Shown in pieces: positions 1 through 12,100 of a stretch of 64,000 nucleotides of DNA (positions are counted from its first letter, which is position 1; every line of letters begins with the position of its first letter). The translations under genes and the position numbers were made by a program. Where the stretch lies: positions 19,778,001 to 19,842,000 of the forward strand of contig JBHGNT010000004.1 of assembly GCA_043228905.1 (NCBI GenBank). The letters are read 5' to 3'. The notes below the pieces were generated by a model. The model worked only from the letters and a program-made list of their open reading frames with translations. It had not been told where the DNA came from and did not search any database. This stretch comes from Azolla caroliniana (lineage: Eukaryota > Plantae > Polypodiophyta).

Positions 1-120
1 TACTAGGCATTGTTTAAGAGAGGATTGACGTTCTTATGGAATTGAGAGCATGGAGAAATATATTCAACAATATAACCCGTGCACAAGGAATGTAATGCAT
101 TGAACCTCTTGAGTAGTGCC

Positions 121-969
121 CATGTAGGGATGTGTAAATTGGGCTTCCCAAGTAATATTTGTTTTAGAAGTTTGTATTATGTGAAGGTCCTTTGTGTGTT
201 AGGACACTACTAGCAATGGGCTTGGTTCGGTTTCTTAGCCTTGAAACCAAACCAAACTATTTAAAAATTATGAAGCCATTTAAACTGAACTGTTTAGAGC
301 CGAACAATTTAAACCAAACCGTTTCAAAACCAAATTGGTTTATCATAAATAAAAACCAAACCAAACCAAACCATTTTTGACAGATATTGATCACCATACT
401 TATTATAAATTTGTGTGAGAAAATCATTATAAATTTGGTCATCATACTTATCATAAATTTTGTTATCATACTTATTATAAATTTGATTATCATACTTATC
501 ATAAATTTTGTCATCGTAAATAAAAAGGAAACTTTGCATATAATGCATATAAAATTGAATAAGTTAAAACTTGGGTTTAAAATTAAAAGTTGAAAGTTAG
601 AGCCTATAGGGAAAATTTAGGTGTATTTTTAACCTTTAAACCGAAACCGATAAACCATGGAATTCAAAACCAAAACAAATTGTTTATTTATCTTCGAACC
701 AATAAACCATTAAGCCACAGTTAAACGGTTCAATTCGGTTTGAGACGAAACCAAGCCCATTGCGAGTCACAACCCCTAGGAGGTTTACAACCTCAACTAT
801 GCTCCAATATGTACATATATTAGTGCATGTAGGAACGTGTAAATTGGGCTTCCCAAGTAATATTTGTTTTAGAAGTTTGGATTATGCGAAGGTCCTTTGT
901 GTGCTAGGTCACTACCACTATGAGGTTTACAACCTCAACTATGCTCCAATATGTACATATATTAGTGCA
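121..969. repeat. 142-bp tandem duplication interrupted by a MITE
   Basis: CATGTAGG...GGGCTTCCCAAGTAATATTTGTTTTAGAAG occurs at 121 and 826, and GAGGTTTACAACCTCAACTATGCTCC at 780 and 922. The period is 142 bp once the 211-765 insertion and its TSD are removed. Confidence 0.8.
211..765. mobile_element. hAT-type MITE with AACC(G/A)-rich subterminal repeats and an internal 24-bp tandem repeat
   Basis: TIR TAGCAATGGGCTTGGTT / AACCAAGCCCATTGCGA. Degenerate 8-bp TSD GACACTAC (203-210) / GTCACAAC (766-773). An ATCATACTTAT(T/C)ATAAATTT repeat occurs about 5 times at 390-512. Confidence 0.75.
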
Positions 970-1496
970 CCTTGTAGATGTATTAGTGAAAGATTGTTAA
1001 TTGTTTGCACTCAAAAAAATCACATAACATCACTTTAATTATGTGTAGGTGAAAGATGTTCTCAAATCCTAGACGTATGTTCATTGTACTAGTCAAATGT
1101 ATGAAGACTTATTTTTTACACATTAATAATTATATATATCTTTGATTCAAAAGTGTAAAAGAGTGTGTTTTGTTTGTGATGAACTTTCCAATAGGAGGGT
1201 TTTTAAAAGAACACGAATATCAAAGGTTTGAATAATGATTCCATTGTTTTACATTCGAGGGTACAAGATATTAGCTTTTACCTTTGTTGGTTGCTTTAGA
1301 GAAGTGAGGAACGAGATAATGTGTGTAAAAAGTAAAGAGAGACCACAATAAAGAGAAAGAAACCTAAAATAATCTTCTAAGAGACCAAAATATCTAATGA
1401 CACCAAATGAGAAGTGACATATTAGCCACAAGTTAGCCAAAGTGTGAAATATTATTCGCATGCATTATAGAAAGATCTTTTTAAAATCTAGTCGCG

Positions 1497-1659
1497 ATCG
1501 TCCTTTCATTCATCCATTATAATTTGATTGGTCGACCCCCCAACCTCTCTCCCAACCTCTCTTTCTTTTGGTGAACACACGCACACACATAGATCGTCCT
1601 TTCATTCATCCATCATAATTTGATTGGTCGACCCCCCAACCTCTCTTTGTTTTCGTGAC

Positions 1660-1705
<46 letters not shown>

Positions 1706-1740
1706 GATATTAATATAAATGGGTGTGAAAAACACAATAA
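1497..1740 (-). repeat. Duplicated ~60-bp segment plus (CA)n microsatellite, probably an LTR-end remnant
   Basis: GATCGTCCTTTCATTCATCCAT..GGTCGACCCCCCAACCTCTCT at 1497 and 1592, and a (CA)n tract at about 1660-1703. A similar ATATTAAT..AAATG.GTGT.AAAAACAC motif occurs at 14995-15020. Confidence 0.55.
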
Positions 1741-1756
1741 TGCTAGCGGGTGATAT

Positions 1757-2014
1757 CATATAATGCAACATACTTGAATGCATTTGCAAACATTCTTTCT
1801 CATACGTTTGCAAATGAATGAGTATGTTATGAAAACATACTTATTATTTTTAAAAATTTTTTTACTTTAACTTCCTTACCTTAAAAAAAGTTGAAAAGAA
1901 TTTTTTTTACCTTATAATAAATAATGAATACAAAAATATGGTATTTACTATTTACAATATGTACTTCAAGGGTGTTTACTCGAATGCAAATGCACATATG
2001 GTTCATATTGTCAC
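1757..2014 (-). mobile_element. hAT-type MITE, copy 1 (opposite orientation to copy 2)
   Basis: Reverse-complement similarity to 2256-2522 over about 230 bp. Flanked by the 8-bp direct repeat GGTGATAT (1749-1756 / 2015-2022). Confidence 0.65.
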
Positions 2015-2255
2015 GGTGATATCTTGGCCACAAGTACCGACATTTTAAAAGAGACTCTTTTTTTTTCTTTAAAAATAACTCCTTCCATTAGTTATAAAGT
2101 TTAATGACTAGAGTCTAGAATCTTATATATACATAAATCCCATGTGGAGGCCCACTCACTCTCTTTTTTTCTTTTGAGTATGATGATAATATTATGTTGA
2201 ACCCTCTTCTTAGGGGTCATATCAATCAATTACCAAAGAACTCCCGAGTCCCAAC

Positions 2256-2584
2256 CATAGTATGAATCATACATACATACGTACATTCGCATTCGAGAAT
2301 GTTTCAATCATTCGAGCGAGTATGGTAAACACCCTTGAAGTATGGTAAATACCATACTTTTGTATTCATTATTTATTATAAGGTAAAAAAATTTGAAGGT
2401 GAGAAAGTGAAGGTGAAAAGAGTAAAAAAAAAGCATAAGAATGTTTTTATAATATACGCATTCGTTTGAATTTGTACGAAAAAGAATGTTTGCCAATGCA
2501 TTTGAGTATATTAGGTACTATGCTCCCAACCATATGTATGAAAAAGAATGTTTGCCAATGCATTTGAGTATATTACATACTATG
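2256..2584 (+). mobile_element. hAT-type MITE, copy 2, with tandemly duplicated right end
   Basis: TIR CATAGTA.. / ..TACTATG (ends at 2522 and again at 2584). TSD GTCCCAAC (2248-2255) / CTCCCAAC (2523-2530). The right end and its flank are duplicated with a ~62-bp period. Confidence 0.7.
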
Positions 2585-2642
2585 CTCCCGACCATATTTA
2601 AGGGTTGAGTTAATCGGAGGTGATCCTCGATGTGGCAACTCC

Positions 2643-5481
2643 ATGGGTGAAGTGGAGGAAGAGCTTAGGAACCATACCATAGCGAAGGCAGCACATGTCG
2701 TGGTTCTTCCACTCCCATCCCGCGGTCATGTGAACCCGATGCTGCACTTGGCCACCCGATTGGCGGCCGAGGAAGGTTTGGATGTAACCTTTGTGAACTC
2801 GGAAGCCAACGGGCGAATCATGAATAAGATCGGGAGCGGTTCAATCCGGTTTATCGAGATTCCAGACGGTCTTCCTCTCGATGCGGACCGCTCGGGTTAC
2901 ATGATTGACTTGGCCAAATCCGTGATGACCAAAATGGCTGGCCATTTCCACCGTTTGATCGAGAGGCTGATGGAAGAAAGTGACACCGGGGAGGAGCGAG
3001 TGCCATGCCCAACGTGTATCATAGCCGACACATGGCTAGCGCCATTCTCCATCGAGACTGCCGCCAATTTCGGTCTATCTCATGTAAGCTTCTGGACACA
3101 ATCGGCGGCAAGCTTCGCATCTCTACACGCGGTCACCGCCAACGGCTACCGTCCACTCCCCGAAGGTGAGCCAACTAGCTAGCTGGTACATGCAACAATT
3201 CTCTCATGAATGTGTTTTACTGCTACTAGGAAGGGACACATAAATGTCCATTTTCCATGGGGGTAAGATTATCTAACCCCCCATGAAGACCATGAGCCCA
3301 ATCCCCGACATTCCGTGCCTTCACTCTAATAATTTACTTGTGTGTTGATGAGATTTGAGCCCAAGTGTGTAAGGTTTATTCAAAACCACAACTCACCAAT
3401 GCATACTTGTTTGAGCATTCTTAAGGTGTGGTTTTGTAGAAGAACTACTAAGTATAAAATATCTAGTAGAAGAACTACTTAATGGGCAACCAATCCCTAA
3501 ACCCTATATCAATCCCCACTTTTTTGTTTATTTCTCTCTTTTGGGGATTGGCCAAGGGGGCATTTAGGGCAATAACAAAAAGGGCGGTGGTGCCATTTGG
3601 GGTGTCACAAAAAATTCTAAGTTTAAACATTCCTATAATATTTGAACACATGATTGGGTACTATTCCAACTAGTTTACATTAGGAGTTCAACATAGCTCT
3701 ACTCAAAGAAATTCCACCGGTTTACCCTTTCAATATGCCAATCTACAATTTGAACCTTCAACCAATTAAATCAATTTACTCCTCTTTAACGATAGCAATT
3801 CACCACCAACTCGCATGTGGACCAGAATTAATCACATTAGTACATGACTTGTAGAACAATATTTCCCATGATCAACTAACTACATGATTGTGTGCTAGGA
3901 ACAGTTCCCAACTATTTATTATATGCAACACTCAAGATGGTATTCAAACAAATGAAGTTAATACCTAATGATCATGATTAACTACATTGATATTTCTTTA
4001 AAATTATTGATATTTGAAGTTTTTGCCTTATAAGTAGGTACTATACATATATTTTGCATTAATAAATTAAGTATAATATTAAGTAAAATAATGAGAAATG
4101 TTAGAGGAGTAGAAGGATTTGGGAAATCCCATGTTGTTAATTGAATATTAATGTTTGAAGTTGTCATACAAAATGAAAATTTATAATGACAAAATGATTT
4201 TATGTTTTTAAAGTTAAAAGAGTTAAGGTTAATATATTTTAAGAACTGTCGATTAATAGGCCATTTTTTGAAATAGAAAAATACATGAATTCTTTCACAT
4301 TATGCTTTAACATGTGATGAATGTGCTTTTATGTTTTTGATGTATATGACTTATTAAAACTTCTCTTTTAATCTTTTAGACTTCCATGTCTGTCTATATG
4401 TAAACTAGTCTATACATTAGTCACATATATATATGAACACAATGACACTATTTTGATTGTAGATTTGTTCACCTTTCTGTGTTTGTGCATTTTTTAGGTA
4501 CCTTCATTTTTCTCATTTCTTATTCTTCTTCTTTTTATTAATACAGATTTTCGTGTTCCGGGTGCTACCTTTCTCAAGCCCACAGATTTCAACAGTGCCA
4601 TAAAGTCTTATGACCCCTCAAATTTTTTGTTCCGTTTTGTAACCGGTGGATTTGATACGTTAGACCGATCTTGCTGGATAATACTTAATACATTCCAAAA
4701 GCTAGAGAATGAGACCATTGATTACCTCGTAAACAAGCAAAAATTGAAGACAATATTGCCTATGGGTCCTATCTTGCCTCTCTCATTCATAAATCAAATT
4801 AAAAGCAACAAGGATAAAGATAGTACAGATCATGATGCCATCGTTCTTTGGAATGAAAACAAAGGTTGCCTCACATGGTTGGACCAATTCAAACCTAAGT
4901 CAGTATTATATGTTTCTTTTGGGGGCTTGGCATTACTTTCTCATCATCAAATTGAGGAAATTGCACTTGGCCTAGAAGCTACCGGATATCCTTTCTTATG
5001 GGTTACTAGACCAAACTTGATTCATGGTCAATCACCCAGCTTTGATGTTGATTTCTTAGAACGAGTAAAAGATCGTGCATACTTTGTTCATTGGGCACCT
5101 CAACTAGACGTTCTTTCCCACACTTCTGTGGGTGGGTTCTTTACACATGGTGGTTGGAACTCCACATTAGAGGCAATCACGGCAGGGGTGCCAATGCTTG
5201 GATGGCCATATTTCTCTGACCAACCCGTGGATTGTAAGTGCATTGAACAAGGCTGGAAAGTGGGATTAAGGTTGCAAGATGATGATAATGCTACTATGGA
5301 AATGTTGGTGTCAAGAGATGTTATCAAGGCTAAGGTGGAAAAGTTAATGACTAACAAAACTTTTCAAGATAAGGCTAACGAATGGAGCCTCCTCGCCAAA
5401 GAGGCATCAATAGAGGATGGGTCGTCATCAAATAATTTCCTTTCATTTGTGGAGAGCTTGAAATCACATATCTTCATGTAA
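2643..5481 (+). CDS. Family-1 UDP-glycosyltransferase (UGT), two exons join(2643..3165,4547..5481), 485 aa
   Basis: N-terminal HVVVLPLPSRGHVNP carries the catalytic His, and CIIAD the catalytic Asp. The PSPG box is complete (WAPQLDVLSHTSVGGFFTHGGWNSTLEAITAGVPMLGWPYFSDQ). Donor GAAG|GTGAG at 3165/3166 and a polypyrimidine TACAG| acceptor at 4546 give a phase-1 intron that joins both ORFs without stops. Confidence 0.95.
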
Positions 5482-6384
5482 GAGATATATTTTCTCAGTG
5501 TCCATGTTTCTAAATTATTATGCTTATCTTTCTTCATAACTTTAAAATGAATGTTAAAGCTAAGGTATACATTATAAAGACAATAATAGAAACAATTTAT
5601 ATCTATTTCATATATGGATGCATCATTAATTTCATTATTAAACTCTTTCCGATGGTAAGTTTCCATCAGTAATCTACAAAGCACATGCATACAATGCATT
5701 CCTACTCTAATGGTTGTGTATCCTAGTTCATTATATACACATCTATGGCATCAACAACACTACTAAGACTCCTATTCTCAATATGTGATGAACATTCGAT
5801 TCTTCGTTTTGATATCATAACATGATCATTGTATTAAAGGGAACTTGTAGACGTGACTTCATGAGATGTTCACTTGTGCTCATTGAGAAGTAGATTCTTT
5901 TGGTCTTTGCTAGTTGTCAAGGAAAATGATTCTTTATTTTGTGGAAGGATTTTTAATGATTCACGTCCATCTCTCTGTGTTTGACCACATTCTTCATACC
6001 TTTGAGTATGTCTTCAGTATGCGTGTGTATAGTTTTGATGGTAATTGTTAGCTTTGTGGATATGTAAACCCCTAAAGTAATTTCAAGTTTAATGGCATGA
6101 TTATATGTCAAACCATTTTTATTTGAGCTACATTTAGCAATTCCATGCAAAGGCATGTATTTCTTTTTGCGTGCACAAATAACTTCCTTGAAATCTTTCT
6201 ATTAAGTGTTGTGCCATTTTGTAACGTTGCCTTTCATAACATGTCCTGAACCTGCTTGGCATATATGGATGTTCTCTTAAATTCTATTCACAAATATGGT
6301 CATAACTTATCGTGCATTGTTGTTGGCGTTGGTATAATTAAGTAATTCCGGACATTTAAGAGCAATGTGTAAATTCTTTTGAGG

Positions 6385-6805
6385 TTCGAGAGTGTCCAAA
6401 CCGAATCATTTAAATTTTTTGAAACTTGAACCGAACCGAACCACGAAACTGTTTAAACTGGACTGCTAGGTAAAAATTCAAACCGTTAAACCATTAAACC
6501 ATAAAACGATAAAACCATTTTGGTTTTCAAATTAGCTCAAAATTCAAATTAATTTTTTTTCATTATTTCAAATTTTCATTTTTGGAAAATTTAAAGATTT
6601 TTCTTAAAATGTGAGAATTAGGCTTAAAATAAAAAAGTTGTTTAAAAAAAAAAAAAGGTTAAAAATTTAAAAACCATCAAACCGTTTTACCATTTAAACC
6701 ACCATTTCAAACTATTAAAACCGAACAGTTAAAGAAAAAAAACTTAAACCGTTCAGCCGCGGTTTCGCGGTTCGGTTCGGTTTAAACCGAACCGTTGTTG
6801 ATTGT
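6385..6805. mobile_element. Degenerate AACCG-rich MITE remnant (hAT-like)
   Basis: AACCGAACCGAACCACG near the left end, GCGGTTCGGTTCGGTTT near the right end and an AT-rich core, resembling the 211-765 element. TIR and TSD are not resolvable. Confidence 0.45.
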
Positions 6806-7052
6806 TAATCATATTCTAGATTTAATTGACCAAGTGAAAAGGTATGTATAGGGCCTAAATTTGACAAGTTAGTATCAAAATTTTTTGCTAAGCATTTTTC
6901 AAAGATGTATGTCATATGCCATAAGATTGCAAAAATTAACATGTCATTTGACATACAAATTTTTAAAAGGCAAAGCTCTATATAATGCTACATTGTTATA
7001 CATGTCATTACTATAAAAGGTACACAAAGATACACAATTTAGCATAACTACC

Positions 7053-9186
7053 TGTAAAGAATCATGTATGATTCTTGTGTAGCGGAAGTGATGTGTGTTA
7101 TGTGTATGTGTGAGAGGAATTAGAGGAGAGAAGAGAGAACACAAGATAGATAGTAAAAGGAATACTTAAGAAGAAGGAGATGTATATTCACAAGTAGAAT
7201 AGCAAATACAAAAATGTCGCATTACAAGGGGTCACAACTGACTTAATATGAAGTATGAGGAGGGTGCTTTATATATATAGTCACCCTCTCTCTTCATTAA
7301 CTAACTACAACAACCACTCTCTCTTGGGGGCTGTGAAGACTCATAGTCATGGGGAATATGTAACTCATTAGTTATATGTCATAGAATATGATTCTATAAC
7401 ACATAGTTAATGTGTAGAGAGTAGTGGTGTGACTCTTGACCTTTGAGTTATAATAGATTCTCAAAAGGAGTGTTCACACGTTGCACTATGTTGAGCTTGA
7501 TTCTCAACACGCCCCATCAAGCTCAACTTGGGTCGGTTCCTTTCGATTGATGGCCACTTCGGCAGATATCCCATTCAGACGATCTTCGGTGTCCGCTTCG
7601 GCTCATACCCGGTTCAGATGGTATCCGGTTCTCTCTTGTACTCCCACTGAAGCTTGGCAAGTTAGGGATTGTTAATCCAAGGTCTGACATGAATTGCCGA
7701 AGCTTGTTGGCTCCTAGGGCCTTGGTGAAGATGTCAATTGTCTGAAGATTTGTGTTGATGTGTAGAAGATCGACATCTCCGACCTAAACACGCTCTCGAA
7801 TGAAGTGGTAGTGCACTTCGATATGCTTTGTGCGTGCGTGGAACACCGGGTTTCGAGCTAGATATATACTGTTCATGTTGTCGCAGTAAATGGGAGTCAG
7901 ATCCATGATGGGAACACCCAGATCCTTCAAAATCCTCTTGAGCCATACGACTTCGCATGTAGCTACGGTTGCGCCCCTGTATTCGGTCTCTGTACTCGAA
8001 AGTGTGACGGTAGGCTGCTTCTTACTACTCCAAGATATTGCTCCGCTACGGAGCGAGAAGACAAATCCGGAGGTCGATCATCGATCAACTTTGTAGCCGG
8101 CCCAGTTGGCATCCGTGTACCCTTCGAGTCGAATTGGTGTGGCCGATGCGTAGAGAATGTTGTAATCCATTGTGCCGCTCACGTATCGTAATACTCGCTT
8201 AGCACAATCGAAATGGATATCTCGCGGAGTTTGCATGAATTGGCTAAGGAGGTCGATCAGATAGTTGAGGTCAGGTTGAGTGATCGTGAGATATATGAGG
8301 CTCTCGATCAGTTGTTGATATTGAGTCGGCTCACACTCGTCTGTGTTGGAGTTGGCATCTAGTTTGAGGTTTAGATCGAGAGGGGTTGCCACAGATTTGC
8401 ACTCTGTCATCCTGAACTTGTATAATAAGTTTAGAATGTAGTCCCGTTGAGAGATCATAATGCCAGTCGGAATCCGAATGACTTCGATGCCTAGGAAGTA
8501 ATGAAGTTCCTTCACGTCCGTCATCTCGAATTTGTTGGAGTCAAGGATTTCACCTTGTTGATGTGGACCAAATACTCACCTCCAATAACCAGATCATCCA
8601 CATATAGGATGATGACAATCAAACTTCTAGAGTCGTTTCGTGCGTAGAGGGAGTTGTCGGATTTCGACATTCGAAAACCGATTTGATGAAGATATTGCGT
8701 AATCTTCGAATGCCAAGCACGTGGTGCTTGCTTGAGGCCATCGAGTGGCTTCTTGAGTCGGCACACAACTTTCGGATGAGTACGCGATTCGAAGCCGGGT
8801 GGTTGTACCATGAACACCTCTTCTAATTCGCCCTGAAGAAAGGTGTTCTTGATGTCCATTTGGTGGAGGTGCCACCCTTTCGCCGCTACGAGTGAGATCA
8901 CGATCCGCACAGTCATCATCTTTGCCACCGGGGCAAATGTCTTTTTGTACTCAACTCCATGCGTCTGTGCGTATCCTTTTGCCATGAGTCAAGCTTTGTA
9001 GCGGTTTATGGAGCCGTTGGCGTTATACTTCACCTTATAGATCCATTGGCAACTGATCACCTTCTTTGCGGTGAGTGGGGAACAAGATCCCATGTCTTGT
9101 TTTTGGAGAGTTCTTGCATCTCCTCATTCTTGGCTTCAACCCATTTGGGGTCCTTCGCAGCTTCGGAAAACGTTTCTAGCTCCCGT
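7053..9186 (-). mobile_element. Ty1/Copia element family A, 3' portion (RT-RNaseH, PPT, 3' LTR 7053-7509), pseudogenised
   Basis: Motifs HQMDIKNTFLQGEL, LYVDDL and GYTDANWAG are present. The LTR (TG...CA, 7053-7509) is near-identical in layout to 43214-43660. Interrupted at 9187 by another LTR element, and the upstream half is missing. Confidence 0.9.
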
Positions 9187-12100
9187 TGTCGTGAAGAATT
9201 TCGGCCAGAGGCGGAAACCGGGAAACATTGGCTACATCGGCGGGGTGCAGCGTGTGTACGCACCCATGTACATTTAGTGTGAATAACGAGGGTGCCTTTA
9301 TGGCGCCGATGAGTAGTCAAGTCAGGACAGACGGTCCCATGTAAATCGGGATTTATCCCACATTGTAATGCATCCCTGTCCTTGTTCTATAAAAGGAAGG
9401 GAACGCCCTTTGTGAAAGGGTTGCCCATTTTGCGTTAGAGGGTATACCGTTAGATTTAGGGTTAGTTACATTTCTTCTTCTTCTTCTTCTTCTTCTTCTT
9501 TTCCCCCTTCGTGTTTTGCTTAGGGTTTGCTTTGGCTCGGCCTCCTATGCAAGACCCCGCTCAGCGCGACGAGCCGAGAGCTCCCCGACGGCGGCTTGAC
9601 AGCAGACGATTGCTGTAACCTACCTTGGTCCGGCTCGAAGCCGGGAATGTATTCATTCTTTTATATATATACATTTGCGTCTGTCTGTGTATATTCGCGT
9701 CTCTGTTGGTGTCGGGTGCTCCCCCTTTCCTGCGTTTCCTGTACATAAGGGCGTGAGTCGGGTCGGCGTGTGTGTGTGTGTGTGCGTGTGTGTGCGTGAG
9801 TCGGTGTTAAGCGCGCGCTCCCTCTCTTTCTCTCTCTCCCTTCGGTCGCTTCCGGTGTTCTTCTGGGATCCCCCGGAAACGGTGAAGCACGACTTCCTAC
9901 GCTCCGTCAGTCCCTAGTCCAAGACCCCCATGGTCCCGCCTTTCTCCACACACGCGCGTAACAATGTGACATCTTTGGTGAACCCGACGTGAAAGGCGGC
10001 AAGGGAGGATGGAGTCGGAAGATGACGACCTTGCAGAGATGGTGGCCGAAGTGGTGTTGGAGTCGGCACGAGTGGTGATGAGGCGAGAAGCAGCGCAACA
10101 AGCGGTTGAGCGAGTGGTCGAAAGAGTCGGCCGTTTCAACGGGGACAAAGTCCCATCTTACTTGGAAGCCTACAACGCGGAAATGGAGGAGCGTGGCGTA
10201 GACGAGGCGTTGAGGCTGGAGTTCTTCTGTCGGGTCGTAGCTGTCCGAATGCATGCGGAAGTAAAGGAGCTCCGTGAGGCTCATAGTTCGTGGGAGGCCT
10301 TCGAAGAGGCGCTCCTGAAGGCTTACGGAGGACTGGTCGAAGGCCGGAAGGGTGTGCCTACGGCTAGACAATGAGCGAGCCGAGAAGGCTAAGAGGAAGG
10401 CGCGTGACGGCATGCCATCACAGCGGGAAGAGGCCGAACGACAAAGAGAGCTGGCAAGGGTCGGCGTTGGGGCCAGGATTACGGAGGCGTACACAGCTCT
10501 CGAGGCGATGCTCGAGGAAGAGGAAAGATCAAGGCCGCAAGCCGAGACTGAGGAGACGGACTTGCCCACGCGACGGCGGAAGATCGGTACGACGGTACCA
10601 CGGGAGAGGGCGCGAAACAAAACGCCCTCTCGACTTGCGGAGATAGAACAGCCAAGGACGAGGCCGAGATAAAGATCGTGGAACCGGATAATTGGGACCA
10701 GCGGTTTCGGGCGTGTCAGCCCGAAACCCCGGGAATCGGAGAAACAAGCCCAGGCGGGGCTTGCGCGATCGGTAAGAAGACAACCGCTGACCACGAAGAG
10801 TCGGTGGCTACGGACAAGGGCGTGAAACGGACGGGCGATTCTTTGTGTCTTCCCACACTTGCTCCCGAGACGATGGCAGTCGGGCCCGAGTGCCCACGTG
10901 AGTCCCAAGCGGAGGAAGGCGGCGGTGAAAGACCAAGAATCACTGGCGAGACGATACAGGGAAGGAGCGGACGAAAGCCCACGGACCCGATTCTAGAGAA
11001 CTCGGCATTCGGGCCCGTATGCCCATGTAAGACCGAGGAGATGGATGGCGGTACCGAGGAGTCCTGGCACGATGCCAACGAAGATGGATGGGAGATGGCC
11101 AGCGAAAGGGGCGACGAGGAGACCAAGGAACGACCTGATCGGGGATCGAACCACGCGATGCTCTGGTACGGGTGGAGCGTGATCCGATCGTGGATTGTTC
11201 GATCGGGGCCAGAATCGGCGTGAAGGTGCCGATACGGGAGAGGGTGCGGGACGAGCCGCCCTCTTTTACATGGGGGGAAAGACCGACGAGGCGAAGGTCG
11301 AGAGTTGGAAGGAGAATGAAAGCCGGTCCTATGGAGTTCCTTACACCGATCCGGCTGCCGGCCCGAGTGCCGGCGTAAGTCCTATAGGAAAGGTCGGTGG
11401 CGACAGGAGAACGGGACCCGGCAATACGGAGAAGGACGGACGGACCCGAACGAGAACCGGGCGGAGTGGACTCCCGGATGACCATTCCGGGAGGGAGGAA
11501 GAGAGTAGGCCTACGGAGAGGCCGAGGAGACGGTACGTTGGTACCACGGGAGAGGGTGCGGAGTAAACCGCCCTCTCGGCATGCAGAAAAGGACGACCCA
11601 GGACAGGGTCAAGAAGACAAATCGGATGCCTAAGGAGGATCCTTCACACCGGTTCTAGAGACTTCGGCAGTCGGCAATGCGGCTGACGTAAGACCAAGAT
11701 ACTGACGGTGGCGGTGAGGTGACGAAGGCAAGGGCTACGGATGGGCGGTCTAAGGAGGATCCTTCACACCGGTTCTAGAGACTTCGGCAGTCGGCAACGC
11801 GGTCGACGTAAGACCAAGATACTGACGGTGGCGGCGAGGTGACGAAGGCAAGGGCTACGGATGGGCGGTCTACGAAGATCCTCACACCGATCCGGTGGTC
11901 GGCCCGAGTGCCGGCGTGAGTCCTACAGGAAAGGTCGGTGGCGGCAGGAGAACGTGATCAGACGACAGGAGGCGATGAACGGCAAGGAGGTATCAGGCCG
12001 GCGAGGCGGCCACGAACCAAATCGGACCTTCCGGCAAGGTCAGTGGGCGTAAGGAAGTCCGGTCCTACGGGATCCCCACACTTAACCAGAGACTCCGGTA

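Noticed and set aside
192-593. Repetitive Ile/Met/Lys-rich ORFs
   Set aside because: Translations of the 24-bp internal repeat of a MITE.
3340-3405. Possible tRNA-derived SINE remnant in the UGT intron
   Set aside because: Only a weak B-box-like GGCTCAAATCT on the minus strand, with no TSD or tail.
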